Notes under the pieces: model-generated
Seen by the model: the letters and a program-made list of their open reading frames with translations, nothing else
Told to the model about the DNA's origin: nothing
Database searches by the model: none
Translations under genes and position numbers: made by a program
Origin: an uncultured delta proteobacterium
GTDB taxonomy: Bacteria > Myxococcota_A > Polyangia > Fen-1088
Direction: 5' to 3'
NCBI GenBank assembly: GCA_963767925.1
Contig: CAVYGB010000008.1
Coordinates: 928,001 to 992,000, forward strand
Length of the DNA: 64,000 nucleotides
In this document: positions 41,466-51,675 of the stretch, piece by piece
How positions within the stretch are numbered: the stretch's first letter is position 1
Layout: every line of letters starts with the position of its first letter

Positions 41466-43448
41466 ATGCTGCGGCAAGCGCTGATCCTGGCGGCCGGGCG
41501 CGGCCGACCGGTGGCGGCGCCCGAGGTGCCCAATTGCCTCGCCCTGGTGGGCGGCGCGGAGCTCTTGCTCCGGCAGCTCCGGGTTTTGCGACGCGTCGGC
41601 GTCCGCCGGGTCGCCATCACCCTCGGGTGGCAGGGGGCCCTGATCGAGGCCCGCGTCGACCGCTGGCGGGCGGCCGAGCCGGTGGCCAGTCTCCCTGACG
41701 AGATCTGCTTCTTCCACAACCCCGGCTGGGACCGTCCCAACGGCCTCTCGGTGCTCGCGGCCCGGTCCTTCGTCACCGAGCCAACGCTGCTCCTGATGGC
41801 CGATCAGATCGCGGCGCCGGGGCTGGTCGAGCGGCTCGCCGTCCGACCGGCGGGCGACCTGACCGTGCTGGGGGTGGACCGGGAGCTGTCGCGGGTCTAC
41901 GACATCGACGATGCCACCAAGCTCACGCTCGACCAGCTCCACGCCGGCGACGATCAGGCCCGGCGCGGGCGCCTGCGGGTGCGGGCAATCGGCAAGGGCC
42001 TCAACGACTATCAGGCGGTCAGCACCAGCCTGTTCGCCCTGGCCCCCTCGCTGATCGACTGCCTGGACGCCCTGCCCGAGCCCTCGCTGACCGAAGGGGT
42101 GGGGGAGGCCGCCCGCCGGGGCCTCGTCGACGCCGTCGATGTCACCGGCTCGGTCTGGCAGGACGTTGATTCGGCGGAGATGCGCCTGCACGCCGACTGG
42201 CTGCTGCGCGCGTACGGCGACGAGCTGCTGCGCCCCTCCGTCCAGGCCGAGGGTCCGGCCCCGGCCAGCGACACCCTGGACCTGGTCGAACGGCTGCTCG
42301 CGGAAAAGGACGCCCCCCGCTACGTCCTGTTCAACCCGGGGCCGGTGATGACCTCGGCCCGGGTCAAGGCGGCCCTGGTCCACCACGACATCTGCCACCG
42401 CGACGAGGACTACGAGGGCGTCGTCCACCGGCTGCGGGACAAGCTGCGCCCGGTGTTCGGGGCCTCGCCCCAGCACGACATCCTCCTGCTGACCGCCTCG
42501 GGCACCGCCGCCATGGAGGCGGCGCTGGTCTCCGGCGTGCCGCCCGGCAAGAAGCTGCTGACGGTCTCGAACGGGGCCTTCGGCGAGCGGCTGGCGGAGA
42601 TCGCGGAGACTCATGGGATGCCCCACCGGCGGCTCGAGCTGCCCTGGGGAGAGCCGATCGAACCGGATCAGGTGGCGGCGATCCTCGCCCAGGATCCGGC
42701 GATCGGGGCGGTGGCGATGATGCGCCACGAGACCTCGGTCGGGCTGCTCAACCCCGTGCCGGCCATCGGTCGCATCTGCCAGGAGCGGGACGTCCTGCTG
42801 CTCGTCGACGCCGTCTCGGCCCTCGGCGCCGAGGAGGTGGACGTGGTGGCCGACAGCATCGACATCTGCTTCAGCTCGTCGAACAAGTGCCTGCACTCGG
42901 CGGCCGGGGTGGCCCTGGTCTGCGTGTCGCCCCGGGTCTGGCCGCGCATCGCCGGCGCCCGCCCGCCGACCTATTACCTCGATCTCTCGCGCTACCGTCG
43001 GGCCGCCGACCAGCGCGGGCAGACCCCCTTCACCCCGGCCGTGTCGGCCTTTTTCGCCCTCGAGACCGCGCTCGACGAGCTGCGGGAGGGCGGGGGCGTG
43101 CCGGGCCGGCGGGAGCTCTACCGGCGGCGCAACCTGCGCATCCGGCGGGTGCTGAACTCGCTCGGATTCCAGTCTTTCACCAACACCGGGCGGGAGTCGC
43201 AGACCATCTCGACGGTCAAGGTGCCGCCCTGGGTGTCGGTGCAGGAGCTGTACGACCGGCTCAAGCAGCGGGGTTACGTCATCTACAAGGCCAAGGGGAT
43301 CCTGCAGGCCGATCACATCCAGGTGGCCAACATGGGCGAGCTGCCCGACGACACAATCGACGCCTTCCTGCAGGCCCTCACCGAGGTGGTCGAGCGCTTG
43401 CGGGAGGAATCGGACGCCGGCCAGCCCGCGCGCCGGAGGTCCGTCTAG
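41466..43448 (+). CDS. Fusion: NTP-transferase (LicC/IPCT/PntC-like) plus class V PLP aminotransferase (PhnW/AEP-transaminase-like)
   Basis: N-domain: ALILAAGRG, LLMADQ, DATK, IGKGL, WQDVDS. C-domain: LFNPGPV, SGTAAMEA, HETS, DAVSALG, SSNKCL (PLP Lys), PFTP. Confidence 0.85.
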   Translation: MLRQALILAAGRGRPVAAPEVPNCLALVGGAELLLRQLRVLRRVGVRRVAITLGWQGALIEARVDRWRAAEPVASLPDEICFFHNPGWDRPNGLSVLAARSFVTEPTLLLMADQIAAPGLVERLAVRPAGDLTVLGVDRELSRVYDIDDATKLTLDQLHAGDDQARRGRLRVRAIGKGLNDYQAVSTSLFALAPSLIDCLDALPEPSLTEGVGEAARRGLVDAVDVTGSVWQDVDSAEMRLHADWLLRAYGDELLRPSVQAEGPAPASDTLDLVERLLAEKDAPRYVLFNPGPVMTSARVKAALVHHDICHRDEDYEGVVHRLRDKLRPVFGASPQHDILLLTASGTAAMEAALVSGVPPGKKLLTVSNGAFGERLAEIAETHGMPHRRLELPWGEPIEPDQVAAILAQDPAIGAVAMMRHETSVGLLNPVPAIGRICQERDVLLLVDAVSALGAEEVDVVADSIDICFSSSNKCLHSAAGVALVCVSPRVWPRIAGARPPTYYLDLSRYRRAADQRGQTPFTPAVSAFFALETALDELREGGGVPGRRELYRRRNLRIRRVLNSLGFQSFTNTGRESQTISTVKVPPWVSVQELYDRLKQRGYVIYKAKGILQADHIQVANMGELPDDTIDAFLQALTEVVERLREESDAGQPARRRSV

Positions 43449-44479
43449 TGCGGGCCGCCCTGTTTCGGGGCTTTGGCGGGCCGGAGGTCATGGAGGTGGG
43501 GGAGGTCCCCGATCCGGTGGCCGGGCCGGGCGAGGTGCTGGTGCGGGTGCGGGCCGCCGCCCTCAACCACATGGATCTCTGGCTGCGCCGGGGCCTGCCC
43601 GCGCTGCGGGTCCCCTTGCCCCACGTCCCGGGCGGCGACATCTGCGGGGTGGTGGCGGGGCTCGGACCGGGGGCGCCGGCCCTCCCGGAGGGCCAGCGGG
43701 TGGTGGTCAATCCCGGGCTGTCCTGCGGCCGCTGCGCGCGCTGCCTGTCGGGCGAGGACAACCTCTGCCCGGAGTACCGGATGGTGGGCGAGCAGACCTG
43801 GGGCGGGCAGGCCGAGCTGGTGGCGGTGCCGGCCGCCAACCTGGTGGCCGCGCCCGCGGGCGTCGACGACGCCGAGCTGGCCTCCCTGCCGATCGTGTTC
43901 CTCACCGCCTGGCAGATGCTGGTGGACAAGGCCCGGATCCGCCCGGGCGAGACCGTGCTGGTCATCGCCGCCGGCTCGGGGGTGGGGGTGGCGGCGATCC
44001 AGATCGGCCGGCTGTTCGGGGCCCACGTCATCGCCGCCGCCTCGAGCGACGCCAAGCTGGCGCGGGCCCGCGAGCTGGGGGCCGAGGTGGGCATCAACCA
44101 GACGACGAGCGACCTGCACGCCGAGCTCAAGCGGCTCACGGGCGGCAAGGGCGTCGACGTCGTGGTCGAGCACACCGGCGGCGACGCCTTCCGTACGGCG
44201 GTGCGGGCCTGCGCCAAGGGCGGCCGGATCGTCACCTGCGGCGCCACCGCAGGCCACGAGCCGCCCCTCAACCTGCGCTACGTTTTTTGGCACCAGATCT
44301 CCATCCTGGGCTCCACCATGGCCCCCAAGGGTCGCCTCCACCGCATCCTGCAGCTGGTCGGCGAACGCAAGCTGCGGGGGGTTGTCGACCGGGTCTTGCC
44401 CCTGGCCCAGGTGGCCGAGGCCCACGCCGCCCTGGAGGCCCGCTCGGTGATCGGCAAGCTCGTCCTCTCGCTCGACTGA
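43448..44479 (+). CDS. Zn-binding MDR dehydrogenase/reductase
   Basis: TAGTG overlap; structural-Zn motif CGRCARC..NLC, AAGSGVG, GSTM. Confidence 0.9.
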   Translation: MRAALFRGFGGPEVMEVGEVPDPVAGPGEVLVRVRAAALNHMDLWLRRGLPALRVPLPHVPGGDICGVVAGLGPGAPALPEGQRVVVNPGLSCGRCARCLSGEDNLCPEYRMVGEQTWGGQAELVAVPAANLVAAPAGVDDAELASLPIVFLTAWQMLVDKARIRPGETVLVIAAGSGVGVAAIQIGRLFGAHVIAAASSDAKLARARELGAEVGINQTTSDLHAELKRLTGGKGVDVVVEHTGGDAFRTAVRACAKGGRIVTCGATAGHEPPLNLRYVFWHQISILGSTMAPKGRLHRILQLVGERKLRGVVDRVLPLAQVAEAHAALEARSVIGKLVLSLD

Positions 44480-44508
44480 GCCGCGGGGGCGCGTTGCGAG
44501 GCGCCGGC

Positions 44509-45909
44509 TCAGCGCCGGCCGGAGGCGAGGTTCTGGATCTCGGTGGCGGAGAGGACCCGGGTGTAGATGCGGACCTCGTCGATGTGGCCGTCGAAGTCGC
44601 GATCCGTGTCGCCGTCCCCGTGGCGGCCCACCCAGAGCTCGTCGCCCGCGATGTAGTCGACGTTCCCGTCCAGGCCGTTCGAGCAGCGCTCCTGGCCGTC
44701 GAAGTAGACCTTCATGCCGGAGGTCGAGGTGCTCGCCGCGACGTGGTGCCACTGGCCGTCGAGGCTGTTGCCGACGGTGCCGAGGCAGCGCTCGAACCCG
44801 CCCGAGGTGCGCTTGACGAACTGGGCGCCCGTGGGAAAGAGGCGGAGCATGTACTGATCGCCGGCGCTGACCAGGTCCGAGCCGGGATCGGCGTTGTCCT
44901 GGTCGACGCGGGTGGCCCGGTACCAGACACTGATCGTGAAGCTGTTGGCCGGCCGCAGGGCCGCGGGCAGGGTCGCCAGGCGCACGCCCTGGCGGGCCGA
45001 GATGGCGAAGGACCGGCTGCGCGGATCGGGGAACATCAAGGTCGGGACTTCGGTCGAGGGCTGGGGCGAGCTGCTGTTGCCCGTGTATTGGCCCTCGAGA
45101 CCGTTGCCCGACCCATCGAGGGCGGTGCTTCCGCTCGTCTCGTCGAAGCTCCAGTACAGCGCGGGGGTCGTGCCGGCCGCGACACAGGCGTCGATGAAAC
45201 AGACGTTGCCGGCGGTGCATTGTGCCCCGCCGGTGCAGCTGGTGGCGCAGGCCGAGGCCCCGCAGACGAAGGGGGCGCAGCTCCGGGCCGACGCAGGCAG
45301 ACAGGTGCCGCGGCCGTCGCAGCCGGAGGCGCCCGTCTCGGTCGAGCCGGTGCAGCGGGACGGCGCGCAGGTCGTCCCCACCGGCTGCAGGCGGCAGGCG
45401 CCCGCGCCATCGCACCCCCCGTAGCGGCCACAGGTGGCGGCGGTCTGGGCGGGACACTCAGAGCGTGGATCGGCCCCCACCGGCGCGATGGTGCAGGTGC
45501 CGACGGTGCCGAAGATCTTGCAGCTCCGGCAGAGCTGCAGGCAGGCCTGGTCGCAGCAGACCCCCTCCGAGCAGACCCCCGACTGGCAGGCGTCCCCTGC
45601 CACGCAGCCGACCCCGTTGGCGAGCAACGCGCCGTCGGGCGGCCGGGTGTCGGGCCCCGGCCCATCCGGTGCTACCAGGTCGGGCGGTCGTCCGTCCGGG
45701 ATCGGGAGGTCGGACAGGAGGGTATCCGCCACCGGGCCGTCGGGCGGCGGGGGCTCGAGGGGGCGGTCCCGACCGGGCGTCGCGTCATGGACGGCCGAGT
45801 CGGGATCCATGGCCGTGGGGCCGTCCTCGGAGAAAATGATGGTCGGTGGTGTGAGGTTCACACAGCCCGCAACCAGCGCCAGAAGCGCCAGCCGAAGGTA
45901 TCGCGACAT
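44509..45909 (-). CDS. Cys-rich lipoprotein with C-terminal LamG domain
   Basis: Lipobox VAGC, CSEGVCCD myxobacterial Cys motifs, YWSFDE..WHHVA..FDGHIDEVRIY. Confidence 0.85.
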   Translation of the reverse strand: MSRYLRLALLALVAGCVNLTPPTIIFSEDGPTAMDPDSAVHDATPGRDRPLEPPPPDGPVADTLLSDLPIPDGRPPDLVAPDGPGPDTRPPDGALLANGVGCVAGDACQSGVCSEGVCCDQACLQLCRSCKIFGTVGTCTIAPVGADPRSECPAQTAATCGRYGGCDGAGACRLQPVGTTCAPSRCTGSTETGASGCDGRGTCLPASARSCAPFVCGASACATSCTGGAQCTAGNVCFIDACVAAGTTPALYWSFDETSGSTALDGSGNGLEGQYTGNSSSPQPSTEVPTLMFPDPRSRSFAISARQGVRLATLPAALRPANSFTISVWYRATRVDQDNADPGSDLVSAGDQYMLRLFPTGAQFVKRTSGGFERCLGTVGNSLDGQWHHVAASTSTSGMKVYFDGQERCSNGLDGNVDYIAGDELWVGRHGDGDTDRDFDGHIDEVRIYTRVLSATEIQNLASGRR

Positions 45910-45989
45910 GCTGCAGCGATCATCGGTATCTCAGGGAATTTCCTTGAATCCTGGGCGGGCTGCGCCGCCTTTTGCCGCGGAGTTTGCGC

Positions 45990-46039
45990 TTGACGAGGTG
46001 GGGGGGGCGGTTCTATGACTCTTACGTGAGCGTAAGGGT
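45990..46039 (+). promoter_or_regulatory. sigma70-like promoter and MerR-type operator palindrome of the isc operon
   Basis: TTGACG (45990) N18 TATGAC (46014); ACTCTTACG-TGAG-CGTAAGGGT (46018-46039). Confidence 0.65.
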
Positions 46040-46046
46040 TTGAATC

Positions 46047-46535
46047 ATGGACGTCCCCGCACAGACGCTGTCGCTCCTCAAGGTCGGGGAGCTGGCTCGC
46101 CGTACCGGCAAGACCGTGCGGGCGATCCATCTGTACGAGGAGCTGGGCCTGCTCACCCCTGCGGTCCGCTCCAAGGGCGGCTTTCGACTCTACTCCGCGC
46201 GGGCGGCCTCGCGCATCGAGTGGATCCAGAAGCTCCAGGACATGGGCTTCTCGCTCACCGAGATCAAGGCCTTCCTCCGGGTGTGGGAGGCGAGCGCCAC
46301 CGCCCCCAAGGCGATGGCCACGGTACGGGAGATCTTCGCCGACAAGCTGCGCGAGACCCGCGAGACCATCGCTCGGCTCAGCCGGCTGGCCGACGAGCTG
46401 CAGGAGAGCCTGGCCTACCTGGATAGCTGTCGCTCGTGCGAGCCGGTGCACACCCAGCCCGAGTGCGGCACCTGCGAGCTTCACGGACACGAAGGTCGAG
46501 CCCCACTCCTCGTTGACGGCATCACAAAGCACTGA
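46047..46535 (+). CDS. MerR-family regulator with C-terminal CX2CX8CX2C motif
   Basis: [39 protein letters not shown]; tail [19 protein letters not shown]. Confidence 0.9.
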   Translation: MDVPAQTLSLLKVGELARRTGKTVRAIHLYEELGLLTPAVRSKGGFRLYSARAASRIEWIQKLQDMGFSLTEIKAFLRVWEASATAPKAMATVREIFADKLRETRETIARLSRLADELQESLAYLDSCRSCEPVHTQPECGTCELHGHEGRAPLLVDGITKH

Positions 46536-46536
46536 C

Positions 46537-47754
46537 ATGGCAATCAAGCTCCCCATCTACATGGACAACCACGCCACCACCCCCGTCGATCCGAGGGTGG
46601 TCGAGGCGATGTTACCCTTCTTCACCGAGCACTTCGGCAACGCCGCGAGCCGCTCGCACGCGTTCGGCTGGGCCGCGGAGAAGGCGGTCGACCGAGCCCG
46701 CGAGCAGGTCGGGGCCCTGATCGGCGCCAGCGGCAAGGAGATCGTCTGGACCTCCGGGGCCACCGAGTCGAACAACCTCGCCATCAAGGGCGCGGCCGAC
46801 TTCTACCGCGACCGGGGCAATCACATCGTCACCGCCCAGACCGAGCACAAGGCGGTGCTCGACACCTGCAAGCGCCTGGAGAAGCAGGGCTTCCAGGTGA
46901 CCTACGTCCCGGTCGATCGCGACGGGCGGGTCAACCCCCAGGTGGTGGCCGCGGCGATGACCGACAAGACCATCCTCGTGTCGATCATGCTGGCCAACAA
47001 CGAGATCGGCACCGTCAACCCGGTGCAGGAGATCGGCCAGGTGGTCAAGAGCCGGGGGGCGCTGTTCCACATCGACGCCGTCCAGGGCGTCGGCAAGATC
47101 CCCTTCGACGTGACGAGCGCGAGCGCCGATCTGGTCTCGCTCTCGGCCCACAAGATGTACGGGCCCAAGGGCGTTGGCGCGCTTTATGTCCGGCGCAAGC
47201 CCCGGGTGCGGCTGCAGCCCCTCATCGATGGCGGCGGCCACGAGCGGGGGATGCGTTCGGGGACGCTCAACGTGCCGCTCATCGTCGGCTACGGGCTGGC
47301 GGCGGAGATCGCCCAGAACGAGATGGCGGTCGAGAGCGCCCGGATGCTGAGCTTGCGCGAGCGGCTGCGGCAGGGCATACAGGCCCGCGTGAGCGACACC
47401 TTCGTCAATGGATCGATGGAGCATCGCCTGCCCGGCAACCTCAACATCAGCTTCGCCTACATCGAGGGGGAGGCCATGTTGATGGGGCTCAAGGACGTGG
47501 CGGTCTCCTCGGGCTCGGCCTGCACCTCGGCCTCCCTCGAGCCGTCTTATGTCCTGCGGGCGCTGGGGGTCGAGGAGGAGATGGCTCACACGTCGATCCG
47601 GTTCGGGCTGGGACGATTCAACACCGAGGAAGAGGTCGACTACGTGACCGAGATCGTTGTCGACAAAGTCAACAAGCTGCGCGAGATGTCGCCTCTTTAC
47701 GAGATGGCGAAAGAGGGCATCGACATCAAGAGCGTGCAGTGGGCGGCCCACTGA
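46537..47754 (+). CDS. iscS: Cysteine desulfurase IscS
   Basis: [37 protein letters not shown]. Confidence 0.97.
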   Translation: MAIKLPIYMDNHATTPVDPRVVEAMLPFFTEHFGNAASRSHAFGWAAEKAVDRAREQVGALIGASGKEIVWTSGATESNNLAIKGAADFYRDRGNHIVTAQTEHKAVLDTCKRLEKQGFQVTYVPVDRDGRVNPQVVAAAMTDKTILVSIMLANNEIGTVNPVQEIGQVVKSRGALFHIDAVQGVGKIPFDVTSASADLVSLSAHKMYGPKGVGALYVRRKPRVRLQPLIDGGGHERGMRSGTLNVPLIVGYGLAAEIAQNEMAVESARMLSLRERLRQGIQARVSDTFVNGSMEHRLPGNLNISFAYIEGEAMLMGLKDVAVSSGSACTSASLEPSYVLRALGVEEEMAHTSIRFGLGRFNTEEEVDYVTEIVVDKVNKLREMSPLYEMAKEGIDIKSVQWAAH

Positions 47755-47781
47755 TTATCGAGAGCTCAGGAGACAGCAAAC

Positions 47782-48216
47782 ATGGCGTACAGCAACAAGG
47801 TGATTGACCACTACGAGAACCCGCGCAACGTGGGGAGCCTCGACAAGAACGACCCTTCGGTGGGGACCGGCCTGGTCGGCGCGCCCGCCTGCGGCGACGT
47901 CATGAAGCTGCAGATCAAGGTGACCCCCGACGGGGTGATCGAAGACGCGAAGTTCAAGACCTTCGGCTGCGGCTCGGCCATCGCCTCCTCGTCGCTCGCC
48001 ACCGAGTGGATCAAGGGGATGACGGTCGATCAAGCGATGGCGATCAAGAACACCCAGATCGTCGAGGAGCTGAACCTCCCGCCGGTCAAGATCCACTGCT
48101 CGGTGCTGGCCGAAGACGCCATCAAGAGCGCGATCGCGGACTACAAGAGCAAGCAGGGCCAGGCCCAGGCTCCGGGGGCCGAGCCGGCGCCCGCCGCCCC
48201 CCCGGCCGGCCGGTAA
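47782..48216 (+). CDS. iscU: Fe-S scaffold IscU
   Basis: DHYENPRNVG, APACGD, FGCGSAIASSS, LPPVKIHC. Confidence 0.97.
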   Translation: MAYSNKVIDHYENPRNVGSLDKNDPSVGTGLVGAPACGDVMKLQIKVTPDGVIEDAKFKTFGCGSAIASSSLATEWIKGMTVDQAMAIKNTQIVEELNLPPVKIHCSVLAEDAIKSAIADYKSKQGQAQAPGAEPAPAAPPAGR

Positions 48217-48278
48217 CCCCCGGCCCGCCGGAGCATCGAAGCCAGAGAAGCAGGCGACAAGGAAAAGGAGAACAGGCC

Positions 48279-48614
48279 GTGGCCATCCAGGTGTCCGAAC
48301 GAGCGGTGAAGGAGATCCAGCGGGCCGCCTCCGGCCGACCGAACAGCCCCAAGGGGTTGCGCGTCGGCATCCGGGGCGGCGGCTGCACCGGGTTTTCCTA
48401 CATGTTCGAGTGGTCCGACCAGGAGCCGCGGCCCGAGGACACCGTGCTCTCCTACGAGGAGGGGGTGGTCCGGGTGTTCATCGATCCCAAGAGTCTGGTC
48501 TTCCTGGACGGATCGACCCTGGACTACGCCACCACGCTGATGGCTCGAGGATTCAAGTGGCAGAACCCCAACGCGAAAGGGACCTGCGGCTGCGGCGAGA
48601 GCGTCCAGTTCTAG
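48279..48614 (+). CDS. iscA: Fe-S A-type carrier IscA
   Basis: AAGGAG RBS, GGGCTGFSY, NPNA..CGCGES. Confidence 0.93.
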   Translation: MAIQVSERAVKEIQRAASGRPNSPKGLRVGIRGGGCTGFSYMFEWSDQEPRPEDTVLSYEEGVVRVFIDPKSLVFLDGSTLDYATTLMARGFKWQNPNAKGTCGCGESVQF

Positions 48615-48651
48615 TTCCGGATCCCCGCGAGGGGAGACCGGAGGGAAGCCG

Positions 48652-49317
48652 ATGATCTGCTGGTCGTGTGAGAAGGACGCGGGACGTGGCGTCTCGTGCC
48701 AGGGCTGTACCGCCATCCAGCCGGCGGTCTCCGGGCTGGACCACTTCGCCGTGCTGGGCGCCGTGCCCCGCTTCGCCGTCGACGAGGGCGAGCTCGAGCG
48801 GCGGTACCGCGAGGTGAGCCGGCAGGTGCATCCCGACCGGTTCGCGCGGGCGGACGCCCGGGCCCGCCGGGCCTCGCTGGCCCGCTCGGTGCAGCTCAAC
48901 CAGGCCTGGAAGACCCTGCGCGATCCGGTCAAGCGGGCCGAATATCTGCTCGAGCTGGCCGGCATCGAGGTCGGCGCCGAGGAGGGGACCCGTCGGACCG
49001 GCGCGGACGGCAAGAAGGAGCGGGTGCCGGTCCCTCAGGAGCTGCTGCTCGAGGTGCTGGAGCTGCGCGAGACCCTGCAGGAGGCGCGGCAGGCCGGTGA
49101 CCGCGCCCAGATCGCGACCCTGACCGCCGACGTCCGCGCCCGCAAGGCGCGGGCGATGGCGGCGGTGGCGGCGGCCCTGGGGAGCGAGCCGCCCGGGCTG
49201 GAGATCGCCTCCCGGGAGCTGGTGGCGGTCCGCTACCTGGATCGCTTCCTCGCAGAGGTCGCCTCCCACGAAGACGGCGCGTCGTCGCCCGGCCCGGAGG
49301 TGGCGCGTGCCGGCTGA
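48652..49317 (+). CDS. hscB: Co-chaperone HscB
   Basis: J-domain [20 protein letters not shown]-terminal CxxC..CxxC. Confidence 0.93.
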   Translation: MICWSCEKDAGRGVSCQGCTAIQPAVSGLDHFAVLGAVPRFAVDEGELERRYREVSRQVHPDRFARADARARRASLARSVQLNQAWKTLRDPVKRAEYLLELAGIEVGAEEGTRRTGADGKKERVPVPQELLLEVLELRETLQEARQAGDRAQIATLTADVRARKARAMAAVAAALGSEPPGLEIASRELVAVRYLDRFLAEVASHEDGASSPGPEVARAG

Positions 49318-51298
49318 GGCCCTCTTCCAGATCTCGGAGCCGGGCGCCTCGCGGTCCAAGGAGGCCTGTGCCCCCGGGACCTCGCGGGCGGTCGGGATCG
49401 ACCTCGGCACCACCAACTCGCTGGTGGCGGTGGTGGCCGATGGCGTCCCCACCTGCCTCGCCGACGACGTCGGGGCGACCCTGGTCCCCTCGGTCGTCCA
49501 CTACGCCGCGGACGGCAGCGTGGTGGTGGGAGGGCGGGCCAAGGACGAGCTGGCGCCGCAGCAGCCCCAGGACACCATCGCCTCGGTGAAGCGCTTCATG
49601 GGTCGGGGCAGCGGCGATGCCGACGCCACCCGGGCGCTCACCACCTACCGCTTCGTCCCCGCCGATCCCGGCGCAGGGGTCGTGCGCTTCGCGGTGGCCG
49701 GCGGCGCGCGGGCGGTCACCCCGATGGAGGTCTCGGCCGAGATCCTGCGGGTGCTCAAGGCCCGGGCGGAAGCCGCCCTCGAGGGACCGCTCGACGGCGC
49801 CGTCATCACGGTGCCGGCCTACTTCGACGAGGGACAGCGCCAGGCAACCCGGGACGCGGGGCGGCTGGCCGGCCTCGAGGTCCTGCGCCTGCTCAACGAG
49901 CCGACCGCGGCGGCGCTGGCCTACGGGCTGGACAAGCAGGCGGAGGGGACGTTCGCCGTATTCGATCTCGGCGGTGGGACCTTCGACATCTCGGTGCTCG
50001 CCCTGCAAGGTGGGGTCTTCGAGGTCAAGTCCACCGGCGGCGACTCCGCCCTCGGCGGCGACGACTTCGACCGGGCCATCGCCGGCTGGATGCTGGAGTG
50101 GATGGCCCTGCCGGCCGACGCAGGCGGGGATCCGGCGCTGGCTCGCCGGGTGCTCGACGCCGCCCGCGCCGCCAAGGAAGCCCTGACGGAGGCGCCCGCC
50201 ACCGACGTCACCATCGCGCGGGGCGGGGGGGCAGCGGCCTTCTCGGCAACCCTCGATCGGGCCACCCTGGAGGCGCTGGTCCAGCCGGTCCTCGACCGCT
50301 GCGGGCCGCCGGTCCGGCGGGCCCTCCAGGACGCCGGGGTCCGGCGCGAGGATCTCCAGGGGGTCATCCTGGTGGGCGGGGCCACCCGCATGCCGCTCGT
50401 GCGCCGGTTCGTGCGCGACCTGTTTCAGCGCGACCCGCTGGCCGACATCGATCCCGACCAGGTGGTGGCGCTCGGCGCGGCCATCCAGGCCGACCTGCTG
50501 GCTGGCTCCGGTCGCGATGACGTCGTGTTGCTGGACGTGGTGCCCCTGTCGCTCGGGCTCGAGATGATGGGCGGGGTGGTCGAGAAGCTGGTCCACCGCA
50601 ACACGACCGTCCCGGCGGGCGCCACCCAGACCTTCACGACCTACGCCGACAACCAGACCGGCTTCGACCTGCACGTGCTGCAGGGCGAGCGGGAGCTGGC
50701 CGCCGACTGCCGCTCCCTTGCCCGCTTCAAGCTGACCGGCATCCCCCCGCTGCCCGCCGGCCTGGCCCGGCTGGAGGTGACCTTCCTCGTCGACGCCGAC
50801 GGGATCCTCCACGTCTCGGCCCGGGAGCTGGCGACCGGCAAGGAGACCGCCATCCAGGTCAAACCGAGCTACGGCCTCACCGACGAGGAGGTCGAGCGCA
50901 TGTTGCTGGACTCGTTCACCCACGCCGAGGCCGACCTCTCTCGCCGTTCGCTGGCGGTGGAACGGGTAGAGGCCGAGCGCATCCTCATGGCGACCCGATC
51001 GGCCATGGAGGCCACCCCCGATCTGCTGACCGAGGAGGACCGGAAGGGGATCGCCGCCGGCACCCTCGAGGTCGAGCGGGCCCGCACGGGAGCCGACGCC
51101 GGGGTCCTGCGCGCCGCCGTCGAGGGGCTCGACAACGCCGCCCGCGCCTTCGTCGAACGCCGCATGAACCGGGCCCTCGAGGTGGGGCTCCGCGGCCGGA
51201 AGGTCGACGACGCCCTGGCCGAGATGGAGAGCGCGCCCGGCGCGCACCCCGCCGGCGAACACTCTCACGGCGGTGAGCACCGCCACGGAAGTCGATGA
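49307..51298 (+). CDS. hscA: Hsp70 chaperone HscA
   Basis: [42 protein letters not shown]. Confidence 0.95.
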   Translation: MPAEALFQISEPGASRSKEACAPGTSRAVGIDLGTTNSLVAVVADGVPTCLADDVGATLVPSVVHYAADGSVVVGGRAKDELAPQQPQDTIASVKRFMGRGSGDADATRALTTYRFVPADPGAGVVRFAVAGGARAVTPMEVSAEILRVLKARAEAALEGPLDGAVITVPAYFDEGQRQATRDAGRLAGLEVLRLLNEPTAAALAYGLDKQAEGTFAVFDLGGGTFDISVLALQGGVFEVKSTGGDSALGGDDFDRAIAGWMLEWMALPADAGGDPALARRVLDAARAAKEALTEAPATDVTIARGGGAAAFSATLDRATLEALVQPVLDRCGPPVRRALQDAGVRREDLQGVILVGGATRMPLVRRFVRDLFQRDPLADIDPDQVVALGAAIQADLLAGSGRDDVVLLDVVPLSLGLEMMGGVVEKLVHRNTTVPAGATQTFTTYADNQTGFDLHVLQGERELAADCRSLARFKLTGIPPLPAGLARLEVTFLVDADGILHVSARELATGKETAIQVKPSYGLTDEEVERMLLDSFTHAEADLSRRSLAVERVEAERILMATRSAMEATPDLLTEEDRKGIAAGTLEVERARTGADAGVLRAAVEGLDNAARAFVERRMNRALEVGLRGRKVDDALAEMESAPGAHPAGEHSHGGEHRHGSR

Positions 51299-51675
51299 TG
51301 CCGAAGCTGCGATTCGAACCGGATGGCATCGAGGTGGAGGTCCCGGTGGGGAGCACCATCCTCGAGGCCGCCCGCCGGACCGATGCCCACGTCGGATCGG
51401 CCTGCGGGGGCGTGTGCGCCTGCTCGACCTGCCACGTCTACGTGAAGGACGGCCTGCAACAGCTCTCCTCGGTGAGCGACCGCGAGGAGGACATCATGGA
51501 CAAGGCCTTCGACGTGCGGCCCACCTCCCGGCTCGGTTGCCAGGCCAAGCTGCTGGCCGAGCGGACCTACGTGATCGAGATCAGCCCGGAGAGCCGCAAG
51601 GCCTTCCTCGACGAGCATCCGGAGATCCGCAACGCGCTGGCCTCGGCGCAGACGGTGGGCCGGGCCGCGCCGTGA
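51295..51675 (+). CDS. fdx: [2Fe-2S] ferredoxin (ISC type)
   Basis: [21 protein letters not shown]. Confidence 0.93.
   Translation: MMPKLRFEPDGIEVEVPVGSTILEAARRTDAHVGSACGGVCACSTCHVYVKDGLQQLSSVSDREEDIMDKAFDVRPTSRLGCQAKLLAERTYVIEISPESRKAFLDEHPEIRNALASAQTVGRAAP

Noticed and set aside
41466..43448. Complete phosphonate biosynthesis cluster
   Set aside because: pepM and ppd are not in the window and key motifs are altered; kept only as a hypothesis.
46047..46535. Calling the regulator soxR, cueR or iscR
   Set aside because: The Cys spacing differs from SoxR and CueR, and the fold is MerR rather than Rrf2.
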